Positions 1-14,189 are shown, counted from the first letter of the stretch. The stretch: 64,000 nt of DNA from Octopus sinensis (GCF_006345805.1 NC_043003.1:85250001-85314000), one strand, 5' to 3'. Notes: generated by a model not told the origin, from the letters alone. Program-made: numbers and translations.

Positions 1-51
1 TTACAGCCACATCATCCAAACCTTCCGGGTGAAACCAGGCTTAGCTGCTAG
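1..51 (+). mobile_element. Helitron-like 3' terminus (partial)
   Basis: GC-rich imperfect hairpin CCGGGTGAAACCAGG, then CTAG (48-51) followed by T; resembles the end at 63945-63972. Confidence 0.45.
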
Positions 52-88
<37 letters not shown>

Positions 89-211
89 ACGAGTGAGTAG
101 GCAAACGAAAGAAGGGCACTCAACACATTTATTGGGAGTTATATTTATGGATCAAAACAGTTTAATTCAGACTCATTGGCACTCTGATTTTCGAGCGTGT
201 GGCTATTCTTT

Positions 212-322
212 GGCCACTCACAAGGCTTTAGTCGTAGAAAACACTCGCCCAAGGTGAGATGCAGTGGGACTGAACTCGGAACCATGTGGTGAGAAAGCAA
301 ACTTCTTGTCACACATGTAATC
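212..322 (-). mobile_element. CORE-type tRNA-SINE head fragment
   Basis: Reverse complement of the CACATGGTTCCGAGTTCAGTCCCACTG..CACCTTGGGC..AAAGCCTTGTGAGTGG motif repeated at 9.2, 31.3, 41.2 and 60.4 kb. Confidence 0.8.
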
Positions 323-2260
323 ATTCTTCATCTTCTGAAGAGAATGCAGTAACTCTTCTGCATGAACCTCTCAAAATCCGAGACTTTGCTCTGATGCATA
401 CTCTAAAGTTGCCTCAGAATTGTACCTGCCAGCATAATATGCATGATTACATCAATCAGTCATCTAGCATTCGAAACAGCTGTAAAGATTTTACTTGATT
501 GCATCATGTAAACTGCATGCTTAACTTTACAAATAAATACTTTTCTTACCCCTGTTATCATTTGTCTTTCTTTCGATTTACTTATACGTACATACACACG
601 CACACACACATATACATAAATTTACACATGCACACACACACACACACACACAACACACACACATATATATAGTGAGTGTATAAATATATTTTTATACACG
701 CGCGAGAATATCTTTGTCAAAAGCGCAAAAGTAGTATCTTACCTATAAGTGATCCACACAAACAAATCTGTAGCGGTGCTTCTGTTTAACACCTAAACAT
801 AGCTCGATCGCACGCTAAGTACAGGCGTATTGTTTCATTTCTCTCCCTATTTTAATACTATTGCAACAGATGTTGTTTCCTTGGACACACAAATTGCTTA
901 CTTACCCCGCTTTAAACTACCCAACACATCATTTATCCTCCACTTGTTACCTCTTTTGTGTTTCCCTTCAATGAAATCACACATTACAACACTTCACACT
1001 GGTCTTTATCCAAATGCATACAACTGAATATAATCCCTCCTTCGTTTTTCTTTTTCTTTCCTAAGACTATGATCTACTAAGATCGAATCAACCGCCTTGA
1101 GCTCACTAACTTTGGGTAGCAATCAAACGTTATAGGCGACTTCTCTTTCAAGTATTTGCCCATAGAATATATAATAAAAAAGTAGACACAAATACATACA
1201 GACATATATAGTGAGTCCTATCCTTAAGTAGTTTAATTATTATCTGTTAAGGCATGTTATAGTGAATGCCACATATAGTGAATATAATGTACAATTGCTG
1301 TTGATATGTTCCCTAGCTCAGTCCCAAGATCAAAACTAGACCCGCGATCAGACAATTTAGTTGTGATTAACCTATCTTTTTAAAGTTAGGCTTTTTTTTT
1401 CAGATTACATTATCCTAATGTTATTCGTTTTCTTATTTTTTAATGATATAGTAAGATTAGGAAGAGATTTGAGTGCTATTTCCGGGAAGTAGGATTATCA
1501 TATAGGGCCGTTCATATCATGTATAGGGTATATCACATAAATGCTTCATAGACAAATCTTAATATTAATTAAGGGTGTTCATTGATAATCAAATAATAAA
1601 TAACAGAAAATGAAGGCAAATCAGATAAGCCTATTGAGAAATCTGAATTAAAATAGAGAAAATATTTACATGTTTACATTTATGTATAGCAAAAATAATT
1701 TACATTTCTCTCAAACAAAAACAGATATTTTCTTTTGAAAGTAAGTCATTCAGTTTTGTTTCGTTTATATTCTGCTGTTTTTTTTTTTTAATTAAAATTT
1801 TCATAGTGATTAATATTGTCTTTTTTCTTTGTTCTTTATATCTGAGAAATTCACGTTTTGTTTTGTTTTGTTTTTTATTGTTGCTGTCTTTATCAAATGC
1901 TCAACTTATTGGCTTCCCAATTTTTTCTTGGTTTCTTTTTCATTTTTTTTTTCACAAGCATTTACAGTTACGGAATAGATAACGACAGAGAAACATTTTG
2001 CTTGAATTTACGTTCTTTACCCCCTTCCCCCACTTCTTAGTTCACTTTCTGATTTCAAATATATGAAACACCGGAACGTCTTCTGAGACTCTGGAAATGG
2101 TGTATAGATGGAAACAGAAAAGTGAAGGTATAATAAACCTTTTTATAAATCTTGTTCATTTCCTTTAAAAAAATTACCGTAATCATTGTTTTCTTTTTTC
2201 TTTTTTTTTTCATATTACAATTACTGTTGTTTAAAATCAATTTTTCATGATCATTTTCAA

Positions 2261-3286
2261 TTAATCTTTAAGTTCTGGTTTTGATATAACAGAAATTCGA
2301 ACCGGTTTTTGCTTGTCCAAACACTCTGGCACTGAAGAATTAAGCGGATAATGGCGATGTGACAAAGTGAGATCATCTGCCGCGGCCACAGTATTTCGAC
2401 AAAAAAATCCGCGAATCGTGTACTTGTATTGTGAATTGCCGTATGCATATAAACAAGGGTTTATAAACGAATTTGCGTGACTGAGAAGAATAGCGGCAAG
2501 TAAAACATTATGCGGTAGTAAGATTTCGGTTCCTTTCAGCAACATAATGCAATTTGATATGTGAATGGGGAACCAGCAAACGACAAATAAGCAAATTATT
2601 ATCACGAGGCTTTTGGCTGCTTTTATTTCTTTATATAGTTTTCTTCGAGCAAATTTTTTTCTGCTGTCACCGCCAACATTGGGCTGCATCGCTGATATTT
2701 GTTTTAGTTGCGCCATGACTATTTTAAAGATGTGTACATAGATCACTAACATGACAATCAACGGGAATAAAACACAGCCCAAAAAGTTGAAATAGACCAT
2801 ATACTGTAAGTCAATGACGCTCATGAAGCTGCAAAATTTTTCCTCGGACGGTCCCATGTTCCATCCCATGATTGGCACGAGTCCAATAATCAAAGCTACA
2901 GTCCAGCTTATGACAACCAGCATGAGAGAAAATTTAATTGTGAAATATTTTTCATATGTAAAGGGATAGTTAATGGCAACAAAGCGATCTATTGCGATGA
3001 CAAGAAGTCCATTTATGGAACATTGAGTCAGCAAAACAATACAGGAGTTGACGAGTACACAACCACTGAAATGATGTGGTAAGCCTTTAAAACTGAGAAC
3101 TGCCAGTGGTGCCGCCAGAAATCCTACAAGTAAATCAGCAACAGCAAGACTTCCAATAAAGCAGTTAGTTGTGGTCTGTAGCTTTTGATTGCGACGAATT
3201 GCTAACAATACGAGAAAGTTACCAACTATAGACATTACAGCAATTACTGTTTCACATGTTATGTATATTATAGAGCCAGTGTCCAT
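2261..3286 (-). CDS. AdoR: Adenosine receptor-like class A GPCR (341 aa, intronless CDS)
   Basis: Seven hydrophobic helices with adenosine-receptor motifs: TM1 YITCE, TM2 SLAVAD, TM3 LTQCS..DRF, ECL2 CSF, TM5 YMVYFNF, TM6 KEIKAAKSL..CWFPIHISNC, TM7 LSHANSFINPCLY. Good Kozak context (ATAATGG). Uninterrupted ORF. Confidence 0.95.
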   Translation of the reverse strand: MDTGSIIYITCETVIAVMSIVGNFLVLLAIRRNQKLQTTTNCFIGSLAVADLLVGFLAAPLAVLSFKGLPHHFSGCVLVNSCIVLLTQCSINGLLVIAIDRFVAINYPFTYEKYFTIKFSLMLVVISWTVALIIGLVPIMGWNMGPSEEKFCSFMSVIDLQYMVYFNFLGCVLFPLIVMLVIYVHIFKIVMAQLKQISAMQPNVGGDSRKKFARRKLYKEIKAAKSLVIIICLFVVCWFPIHISNCIMLLKGTEILLPHNVLLAAILLSHANSFINPCLYAYGNSQYKYTIRGFFCRNTVAAADDLTLSHRHYPLNSSVPECLDKQKPVRISVISKPELKD

Positions 3287-3419
3287 TATTGCTATTTTGT
3301 CAGTATTGTTGTTATCATTTATATTTCATCACAAATAAAAAGGCAATTATCAGGAGAAACATTTTAAACAAGCTCCATATTTTCAAAATACCATTGCATT
3401 TTCAATGGCATAGAGGAAA

Positions 3420-3424
<5 letters not shown>

Positions 3425-3483
<59 letters not shown>

Positions 3484-3561
3484 ATATAATATAATATAAT
3501 ATTAAATAATATAATATAATATATATAATAATATATAATATATAAATATATAAATAAAATA

Positions 3562-3594
<33 letters not shown>

Positions 3595-3645
3595 GGTGTG
3601 TTGTATGTATGTATGTATGTATGATGTATGTATATATATATATTG
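3425..3645. repeat. (TA)n/(TAA)/(TATG) microsatellite directly upstream of the GPCR start
   Basis: Direct reading. Confidence 0.95.
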
Positions 3646-5339
3646 TATTAAAAATGTGTATTTATACATTTACATGAATATTTTAGAATCTATGCTGGAA
3701 TAATTTCAAAAGAGAAACATTATTTTTCACTGTTTCCTTATAAAACAGGGTTTGATTTCTTTTGGATGTAAAATAATCATTCAGTCAGTGGTTCATTGTC
3801 CTTTTTCCTTTTTTGTCTGTATGTACATAAGTGGGAGAGTGGTATTTGTCTTTTTCTTTATATATATATATATATACATTTAGTATTTCAAAATAAATGT
3901 TTTTCTTTCTTCAGCAGTTGAAAATTATAATATGAATAAAATTGGCTATAATCCTCGAATAGCATCCTGATTATAGACAATATTTAATTACACGTATACA
4001 TTTCAAGTAATCCAGGGGATTGCCTATGTTCATCTGTGAAACTTCACGCGTTAAGTTCTATCTAATAATTTTGTTTACAAAGTGGGACGGCACAATTAGT
4101 GTCGATAAAAGCAATTCATTCAGCATTTTTTTTTTTAGAAACAAGTTTTACATGTACTTTTTTAAACAGGAAATAAAACATTATCGTAACCGGTCATTTC
4201 TCCGTAACCAGACACATTTTGAAATACTGTAGGAAGTAAACAAGAAAAAAGAAAGAAAGAACAAATGAAAATCGTCCCATTCAAAGGCAAATCAATTGGA
4301 AAAATAATGTCGGTAAATATTTCGAATACGATAGTCATTAAAAGTGTGGACACAGCTATGTACAGTATATAATTTATAAAGAATATAACAGTTTATAATT
4401 TATAAAGAATACAACAGAATATAATTTATAAAGAAACATATTTGTCTTTTAAAAATTAGCATCATTTCATAAATATCGTTAATAGAAACTTTAAAGAAAT
4501 AAAAAAGGAAAATTAATATACTTAGACCTGCTTTTAAAACGTTCCTTTCATTAATTTTTCTTTTGAAATGTTATATATATATATGATTAAGAAGTATACT
4601 TTGCAACCGTACGCTTCGACGTTCGAAGTTTTGCTTCTTTTTTTTTTTGATTTGTTTTTTTTGTGTTTTTTTTGTGCAGTACCTAGAATTCCCTTGTGTT
4701 TTGCAAGTATGGAATTTGGTAGATGAATAGTTGTATAAAAATCGGTTGTGTGTGGAAGCGTCTATGTGTTTATATCCGTGTTTGTTTACTGGTGTCGAAA
4801 TCCGTTTCTTTATGTCAAAACTGTTACTTAACGATTCGAAAAAGTACCTGGCTGAGATAAGTACTGAAGTCGATATAACCTACTCAACTCTTGGAGGTGG
4901 TACACCAGCATGGCCGCACTCCAATGATTGAAGCCAGCGAAAGAACAAGAGCAAAAAAGAAATTTTATGAATAATACCTGCTAAAAAAATTGTATACTAT
5001 ACTTCTCTCGTCTATAAATCCAAGTGTGTGTGTGGTTATATATATATATATATATATAATATGTAAATATATAATATTTATTGGGTAACTGTGTGGTTTG
5101 TATAATTGATATTCTCTCTAGTCAAATATTTTCTGTATTATCAGAAGAAAACAAGTATGTCCTGTATCTTGATATGTGCGATAGATGTATCAGTCGATCT
5201 TAATTTCACCGTAGCTGCAAATCCACTGCTGTCACTATTTCTCGAGTTGAATGAAGTAATCGACAAAATAATAGATCCTGATGCATTTAGATCTGTTACT
5301 ATTTAAAAAGAAGAAGAAGAAAAAGAGAGAGAAATGATT

Positions 5340-5662
5340 TTATCGCTTCCTTCTTTGGATATTGTATGTGTATGTGTGCGCGTGTTTGTGTATGCGCACA
5401 CACACACACGCAGACACACATACGGACACACACGAACACATACATTCATACGTATGAAACTGTGTTTTTTCGTCGTTATAAACATATAAACTCTATTTAA
5501 TGAATTGAGCACTTTTTATTCTTCTTTGTAAATTCAAACGTGTGTGTGTGTGTGTGTGTGCGTGCGTGTGAATGTGCATATTTGTATAATTATGACTATT
5601 TCTCCAAAAACACTATATTCATATTCATGGACATCTACGTATATTTATTACTTATTTCACAA

Positions 5663-5698
<36 letters not shown>

Positions 5699-5986
5699 CC
5701 TCAGTGTGTTAGTTCACATGTACATATGAAAGAACATCTGAGTGCGTGTACGTGTGTGTGTGTGTGGTGTGTGTGTGTGTGTGAGCGAGCGTATGAGTGT
5801 TTTATTGTTCTCACACAACTTTTATACTTTGCGATGGTTAACAACACTCTCGACATCAACGAGAAATTCGATCTGCCGGGACAAACATATTTCTTTCTTT
5901 CTTTCATTTTTTTTATTATTTTTTTTTGCATTTTCTACTTTTTTCTTTCGTTACATTTATATTTATTTTCATTATTATTATTATTA

Positions 5987-6032
<46 letters not shown>

Positions 6033-6150
6033 TTGTAATTAAACCGACGGCTCAAAAGACACCAATCTTCAGTGCAATCAATACGCTATTTCAAATGTCT
6101 CATTTTTTGTTCTTTTCGTCTCTCGTCACTTATGTATTTTTCTCCTTTTT

Positions 6151-6190
<40 letters not shown>

Positions 6191-6415
6191 GTACTATTAT
6201 CATCATCATCATCATTATGATTATTTACTGATGTTTTTTTGTTTTTTTATTCTATCTAGTGAATGGCATAATATTGGTCGCCGTTGTCGTTGGCCTCGGG
6301 TCGAATAAAATAAGATGACAGCAAATCGTTACCTCCTGTGCTACTTTATTGCTTTCGTGCAATTATCTGAACACGACGTGGATTATGATGGTGAAGATGA
6401 TGATGATGATGATGA

Positions 6416-6446
<31 letters not shown>

Positions 6447-6937
6447 CGACGACGACGACGACGACAACGATGATGATGATGAGGAGGAGGAGGAGGATTA
6501 TGATGGTGGTGGTGGCAGTAATATTACTGCTGCTGATGGCGTTGATGATGATGGTGATGATGATGATGATGATGATGATGTTGAAAAAAAGAAGAGAAGA
6601 AAAAAACGGGGGCTGTGTTATTCCTGTACTGATTCTGGGCAAAATGTTTTCTCACACAACGAATTTATTGTGACCAAAGCCGTAGGTGGAATATAGGTAT
6701 ACTTAGAAATATGCATGTGTTGGCACAAACAATAAACACATATACTATATGTATATATTAATATATATATACATATTTTGTATATATATATATATATATA
6801 TAAGATATATATATATATATGTATGTTATATATATATATATGTGTATATATTATGTATATATATATATGTATATATATATAGTAATATATATAATGTATA
6901 TAAATATATATATAATGTATATAAATATGTATATATA

Positions 6938-6981
<44 letters not shown>

Positions 6982-7340
6982 TTGTGTGTATGTATACATG
7001 AATGCATGTATTTATGTATATAAGTTAGTATGTATAAACGCATGTATGTACGCATTATGTATGTATGTCTATATGTTTGTATGTATGTATACATTATGTA
7101 TGTACGTACGTATGTATGTATGTATGTGTGTATGTATGTATGTATGTATGTATGTATGTATGTGTATGTATGTATGTATGTATGTATCTATGTATCTATG
7201 TATCTATGTATGTATGTATGTATGAGTTTTTCCTAAAGGAAGATTAATTGGAGTTAGCCTTCTTTGTAGATATGAGTGTGAGAATGTGCATGTATAAGTA
7301 AATGTCTGTGTTTGCGTAAGCACACGCATGTGTGTGTGCG

Positions 7341-7379
<39 letters not shown>

Positions 7380-7555
7380 GTGTGTGTGTGTTTAGCATAC
7401 GGTGGCACAGAAAGCTTAGTATTCTAAAACAAATAGACTCAGGAACAGACGTTGAAATACAAACGATGTGATTTACATGGTGTCATCTGTAAGATTGATG
7501 TAAACATAGAGGCCGTGGAAACTGTGTGAAGATTGTTTCAACCGTAGTAGTAGTA

Positions 7556-7595
<40 letters not shown>

Positions 7596-7627
7596 TGGTG
7601 GTGGTGGTGGTGGTGGTGGTGGTGGTG

Positions 7628-7677
<50 letters not shown>

Positions 7678-7898
7678 GGTGGTGGTGGTGGTGGTGGTAG
7701 TAGTAGTAGTACTAGTAGTAGTAGTAGTAGTAGTAGTAGTAGCAGCAGTAGTGGAGGTAGTGGAGGTAGTGGCGGTGGCGGTGGTGGTGGTGGTGGTGGT
7801 ACCAGTAATAGTTGTACAATTACTATGTTAGTTGTACCAACAACAGTAGTGTTGTAGTCGTAGTGACTTACTTCATTGTTATTACTGCTATTGTTGCT

Positions 7899-7929
<31 letters not shown>

Positions 7930-7938
7930 ATGATGATG

Positions 7939-7972
<34 letters not shown>

Positions 7973-8020
7973 GCCGATGCTGATGCTCATGATGATGATA
8001 TTACTGCTACCGCTTTTTAA
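5340..8020. repeat. Compound microsatellite field (GT, TA, TTA, CAT, GAT, TATG, GTA, GGT)
   Basis: Direct reading; explains the low-complexity ORFs listed for 5.5-8.0 kb. Confidence 0.95.
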
Positions 8021-8134
8021 CCCTTGATCAACCCCGATAGAACAAACTTGTGATGAAAGATGTTCCAGCTGTGGGCATTCCGTACTTTTTACATGATGAA
8101 GTCTGCATTATTCCACAGATCTTTTATTATTTAA

Positions 8135-8355
8135 CCCATTAATGCATAGCGTCAAGAAAAATGGCCGCAGGAAAAATCACTATTGCTTGTTAAATAAACT
8201 ATCTATTGAGTTTATTTTTGGTATAATCTGTCTCTAAACTAGAACTCTATGAGTGAACAGGCGCTGCGTACAAACAAACCAACTATACACACGTACGAAA
8301 CAAGTAATAGTAATTTTTCCAGCGTCCATTTTTATGGACGCTATGCATTAATGGG
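8135..8355. mobile_element. piggyBac-type MITE
   Basis: ~56-bp TIRs CCCATTAATGCATAGCGTC.../...GACGCTATGCATTAATGGG; flanked by TTAA (8131-8134) and TTCA (degenerate TSD). Confidence 0.75.
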
Positions 8356-9148
8356 TTCAGGTGTGATTTGGGGGCGGGGATTCGGTTGCTATTTCTAACT
8401 GATCGATCGTTCACAGAGAGGATCCCCTGTTGGTGTTGTTGATGTTGATTGTGTTGGTGTTATGATTATGTTGGTATTATTGATGATGGCTGTGTAAGTC
8501 TTTAAAGCAGTAATAGTGGTGTGCTATCTGCTACCGTGTGATTATGCTTATTTAAGCATAGACTAAGGGAGTCAACCTTAAAACAAAAACAGGAGTCGCG
8601 CCCTCAGAAAAAGTAGGACGATTACGTCTCATACTGGCGGTCCCTGCATTCGGAACGTCTCAGTCATCTTGGTCCTATCTTATCATTGGATACCAAAAGG
8701 GCAAAAAGGGAGGCTAGATTAGCTGCTGCGCAATTCTACCTCACGTTATAAAGCTTGCGCATATCAGTGCTTTACTTATATTTGGAAGATATAAGCTACC
8801 TAAGTATTCACATGGAGTAAAGACGCTCGTCTTCAGAGACATGAAGGAGAATCTTAAAGTAGTGGTGTGATACTTTTGTTTAGGGTGTTTTAGCCCAAGG
8901 CCATCCCTAATTGTGCAGTCTATGATCAAAGCAGTTCAAGCCGTGACCATCACGTCTTTTAGATACGGTGTATCAATGATTATATTATCCAGCCAACATG
9001 TATTGCGTTTTGTTTATTTTTTTAAGACAGTACGATGTAATTCAAAAGAGAAAGATTTGGTTGTTATTTTCCAGCAAGTCAAGCGACAATGCTAAGTCCT
9101 CTCCCGTGTGTATATCAGTTACTAATTAAAAGAAAATGATGGAATATG

Positions 9149-9218
<70 letters not shown>

Positions 9219-9237
9219 CGTAGGAGTGGCTGTGTAT

Positions 9238-9407
9238 GCGTAGGAGTGGCTGTGTAGTAAGAAGCTTGCATCTCAACCATGTTGTTCCGAGTTCAGTCCC
9301 ACTGTGCGGTACCTTGGGGGAAGGGTGTCGTCTACTATAGCCCCGGGCCGACCAAAGCCTTGTGAGTGGATTTCATAGATGGAAACTGAAAGAAGCTCGT
9401 CGTATAC

Positions 9408-9462
<55 letters not shown>

Positions 9463-9675
9463 TGTGTCTTCATGTCTGTGTTTGTCCATGCTAAAGCCCA
9501 TCGATTAACAACCGATGTGGGTGTGCTTACGTCCCTGTAACTTTGCAGTTCGTCAGAAGGGACCGATAGAAGTACCAGGCTTACAAAGAATAAGTCCAGG
9601 GCTCGATTCCATCGACTAAAAGGCGGTGCTCCACTATGGCCCCAATCAAATCACTGAAACAAGTAAAAGAATAAA
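9238..9675 (+). mobile_element. CORE-type tRNA-SINE, near full length, with internal (TA)n
   Basis: tRNA-like head, CORE-like CACTGTGCGGTACCTTGGG and shared tail GGCGGTGCTCC..CAAATCACTGAAACAAGTAAAAGAATAAA. Confidence 0.85.
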
Positions 9676-9690
9676 TGAATGTATATATGA

Positions 9691-9721
<31 letters not shown>

Positions 9722-9724
9722 ATA

Positions 9725-10698
9725 CGTGGGAGAGTCAAAATTATACGCACTCTTGTTTTTTCAATGTATTTACACGAAAGCAGAAGATAGACAAGAACGT
9801 CATTTTTCGATGCACTTGGTCCAGCAGTCCCCAAGCTAGCATATTTTCTCCAAGAAGTTTTTTGGTTGGTCGTGCAACCATTTATGCACCACTTCCTCCA
9901 CATCTTCATCTGTAGGAAGTCGACAACCTCGTAAACTATCTTTGAGCAATCCAAAGATATGATAGTCGGAAGGGGCGAGATCTGAGCTGAAGGCAGGGTG
10001 TTCCAGCACCTCAAAACTTTCTTCGATAATAGGTACTTGGTGCGAATAGCTGGCCTCAGTTTGTTGTATCTTGCACTAATGATCGTACACCCATTTTCCA
10101 GGTAGTCATCTAGTATAGGCCTTTTTGAGTCCTAAAAAAGGTTTGGCATTACCTTTCCTGTGGAAGACTGAGTCTTTAATTTCTTCGTCGTTTCCATTCC
10201 TTACGCTGTGTTTTGGATTCTACCTCATAATAATGAACCCACGTTTTATTTCCTGTGACCATTCTGCTCAAAAATTCCTCGCCCTCATTGTTGAAGCGAT
10301 CGAATAAACGTTGGCAGACCTCAATATATTTGCGCTTGTGCTCTGCAGTAAGCTTTCTTGGCACCCGTCTTACACAGATATATATGGATGATTTGAAAGG
10401 CAGAACAATGACTAATCTGCAGAGAACGAGCTACATCATCGATGATAACTCGGCGGTTCAGCATTATCATCTCTCGAGCTTGCTGAATTTTCTCATCAGT
10501 GGTGGAGTTTGACGGGTGTCCTACTCCCTCTTCGTACATCACGCTTCTCTGAGCACTTTTAAATTTCTCGATCCACTCATACACACTTCTACGCAGTAAT
10601 CCACGGTAGGCGACCAGGGTTGTTGAGTGTGCGAATACGAATACAAGAGTTACGGAATGGAGTATGTAAGTTCTTGCATACTCCATTCTGTAACTCAT
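9725..10698 (-). mobile_element. Degenerate mariner transposon
   Basis: Frameshifted transposase pieces: HTH (EWIEKFKS..GHPSNST), VPRKLT, MVTGNKTWVHYY and a degraded YSPDLAP-like region. TA+CGTGGGAGAGTCAAAATT TIR-like end at 9723-9745. Confidence 0.88.
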
Positions 10699-10703
10699 GT
10701 ATA

Positions 10704-10739
<36 letters not shown>

Positions 10740-10854
10740 TGTATGTATGTATGTATGTATGTATGTATTATGTATGTATGTATGAACGCCACGCATCTAT
10801 TTCTAAGTAAGTTTATCTTAATAATTCTGATGCGACTCTATCCTGTACTGTTCC

Positions 10855-10897
<43 letters not shown>

Positions 10898-11454
10898 CTT
10901 CCCTCTCTCCCCTTTCGTTTCCTCTCTCTTCCTTCCACTAATTCTTTTTATCTCACCTTCTCCTCCTTTCGTTTTTTTCTCTCTCATCCTGTCGCTAATT
11001 GTTTTTTGCCCCTTCATCGTTTTCTATCTGTCCCTCTCTCTTTCTCACTCTTCCTCCTTTACTCTCTCGTTGCTTACACGTGACCATCGGCCATCTTTCT
11101 TTTCCTAACTTGAGCTTCTTTCTTTCTTTCCAGTCTGCCTCACAGATCAGGCGCATTCTTGTCTGTCTCCTGTCCTATCTTTTCTCCTGTCAAAGTTTGT
11201 TCTTCCAGTGTTCACCGTCTCACCTCGTTATGGCTTAGCAGCCCTCACTGTTTTGTTTTCACCAAATTTGACCCTCCGAAAATCCCAAATTTTATTTTGG
11301 TTTGCGGGAGCAACTGTTTCGTCGAAGGCACATCTTATTGTAATTGCTCGAAATGCGGAGTAGATAAACAGATAAATAGATTCATTTATTTATTAATCTT
11401 CTTTTTTTTTTACTTGTTTTAGTCAGTTAAACAACAGCTTGAATGACTATATTT

Positions 11455-11541
11455 CTAATCGGTGGGTTAGGAAATATAACTAAACCAAAACCGGATGTCA
11501 AGCGACATGGGGGACAAACACAGACACAATGACACACACAG

Positions 11542-11580
<39 letters not shown>

Positions 11581-11830
11581 GTGTGTGTGTGCGTGTGTGT
11601 GTGTGTGTGTGTACGTATGTATGTATGTATGTATGTATGGATGGATGGATGAATGGATGGATGGATGGATGGATTTACGCACATATGTGTGTATGTATAC
11701 ATGTATGTATGTGTGTATCTATATGTATGTATGTGTGAATGTGTGTGTATGCTATACACAACAGGCTTCACACAGTTTCTGTCAACCAAATTCACCCACA
11801 AGGCATTATTTCGTCAGGCAACAGCATAAG
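11455..11830 (-). mobile_element. CORE-type SINE with expanded internal microsatellite
   Basis: Reverse complement of the SINE body seen at 41215-41590. Confidence 0.7.
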
Positions 11831-12699
11831 ACATTTGTGCAAGATGTCGCACAGAATGACAGAACCCGAAGTCATAGGATTGCAAAGTGAACGTCTTAAC
11901 GACACGACCATGCGTGCACTTGTTGAACCATGCCTGCATCTTGTAAATGAAATGGAAAGGTCTGAAGTGCTAACGCAAAGTCTCTTTCATTTACAATTAA
12001 TTCGCTAGAAGTTTTACATTTGCTTGGTTCGTAAATGTTGTTGTTGTTGTTGTTGCTGAGAAGGTAATAAAAATGTCTTGTAACAAAGATCTGTACCTAA
12101 ATACTTTCTTTGCTTTGTTATCTATCTATTTATTTATTTATTTATTTATTTCCTAAAGTGTGCTAACACTCAGTCTGCTTTCATGGAAAAAGCTTTAAAT
12201 CACTGGAAACTATATTAACTAAAAGCTAGAAGAATATAGCACCTGCAACATGTTCCCTTCATCTAATAAAAAACTTATCTTAACAGCAAACAATTCATAA
12301 AGAAACAGTAAATAACCTACCCATCTCTCTCTCTCTCCCTTTCATCTCTTTTCCTCTTTTCTCCCTCTTTCCCTCAGTCTCTCCTCTCTTTCTTCGTGCT
12401 TTCTTTTATTCTCTTTCTCTCATCCATCCATGCACATTCATACAGAAACAAATACATGCATACACCCATTCTCCCTTTAAATTGGGAAACTTCTTTATAC
12501 CGTGTACTTCTGTCAGGAGATGGCGACCTTGGTATCGATAATCAGACAATTGTAGACTGGTATTCAGTTGTTATTTATTGGCAAATAATCATCATCCATT
12601 TGTCCCTGAGTCAATGGAGAGGTGAAAAAATAAATCTGAAAAGTACAATAAAATACAATCATTGTTATCTGAGTTTTTATTAATTCATGTTGAAGACGC

Positions 12700-12990
<291 letters not shown>

Positions 12991-13299
12991 GCTTGTTTGT
13001 TTGCGTGTTGAATTATATTTTTGTGATTTCTTTTTCAGAATGGTAATGATAGAACTGGCCGTTGTTGATGGTGTTCATTCCCAGGTCGTTTCGAATTGAG
13101 CAAAGGAAGTCCAACCACGACCACCTTGTCTTTTCTTTAGTTACATTTCAAGTTGGAGTACATTATTTAATGTATTCTTACTTTTTAGTGACTGCAAGGC
13201 GTGACATTCTGGGCTGCCGCTGCTATTTCTAGCAGATTATGTGACCGTATATAGAGTTCCTCCTATAGGGGAACTCTTCCGGGCCTACAGCAAATTACA

Positions 13300-13620
13300 C
13301 CTTACCTTCAATACACACCTTACCGTTTAAAAAGACATTACATAATTCTTGGATTCCTTTTGCAGAATGCAAGCATTCGAACTGGGTCTCAAGTTTAAAG
13401 ATAACTCCCTTTTTTCCTCTCACATTCCAACCTCAGAAGTCCTGTAAAGTATCACAGACGTGGCTTCCTTTCTTGAATAGATGTTACTCTGAATATGAGT
13501 AACAGACTAAAACTCTTTTAGCCATGATTCTGCTGAACTTGACCTACGTTAAAACAACAGCAATGATAACAGTAGAAGAAGCAGTTCTATCCTCACTATT
13601 CCCACATCCGTTCATTTGAC
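13300..13620 (-). mobile_element. LINE-like fragment related to 14190-14530
   Basis: Shares AAAGACATTACAT..TTCTTGGATTCCTTT..AAGCATTCG.ACTGGGTCTC..GTTTAAAGATAACTC with 14190-14530; class assignment tentative. Confidence 0.4.
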
Positions 13621-14189
13621 TCCTCTAACTTCCATTTATCTCGTCTTTATTCACTATTCTTCTCAGTGTTCTTGATCGTAAGAAACAGAAAAACGAAGAG
13701 CTTCAATAAATCTGCCCTTTTGATAAACTAATACTGAACCTAATAGTTAGGGTGTTGGGCTCACGATCATAAGGTAGCTAGTTCAATTTCTTGATTGAAT
13801 GGCACGATATTCTCTTGACTAGGCACTTCATTTCACCTTGCTCTAATCTATTCAGTTGAAAAATGAATACCGGTCTCGCACTGGTGCCGCTCCTTGTCTT
13901 TTCAGCTGTCACATCCTCAATGTTCTGCTAGGTCAAAGAGGGGAGGTCGAAGAGGATTTTTTGTCAACAAGCAAACTCATAGGCCCTTAAAACAAATAAC
14001 GAAAATACAGTATATGCTACTAAGTCATGCTCGCTTGTGATTGACGGCTATGATCTAACGATTTAAAAAAAAAACACTACACAAATCAGGTGATTAAATT
14101 CACTTCGTGCCCCTCTTTTGTGCCCATCACCAGATTCGTCAGGTGCATAGACGAGCCGACGAGGGGATACCAGCACGGTCATCGCTCTG

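Noticed and set aside
540-745. Two strong minus-strand splice-donor-like sites (GG|GTAAGA, AG|GTAAGA)
   Set aside because: No linked acceptor or ORF; such 8-mers occur by chance.
2055-2448. Short minus-strand ORFs overlapping or following the receptor 3' end
   Set aside because: Alternative frame or 3' UTR; no recognisable protein.
5303-8027. Many 60-226 aa ORFs (poly-Y/I/H/D/V/G/S, CVCV, YIYI)
   Set aside because: Translations of microsatellites with no domain content.
8600-8990. Possible THAP-like or transposase remnant (RRNRPTFSEGATPVF)
   Set aside because: No C2CH residues or continuous frame; resemblance too weak.
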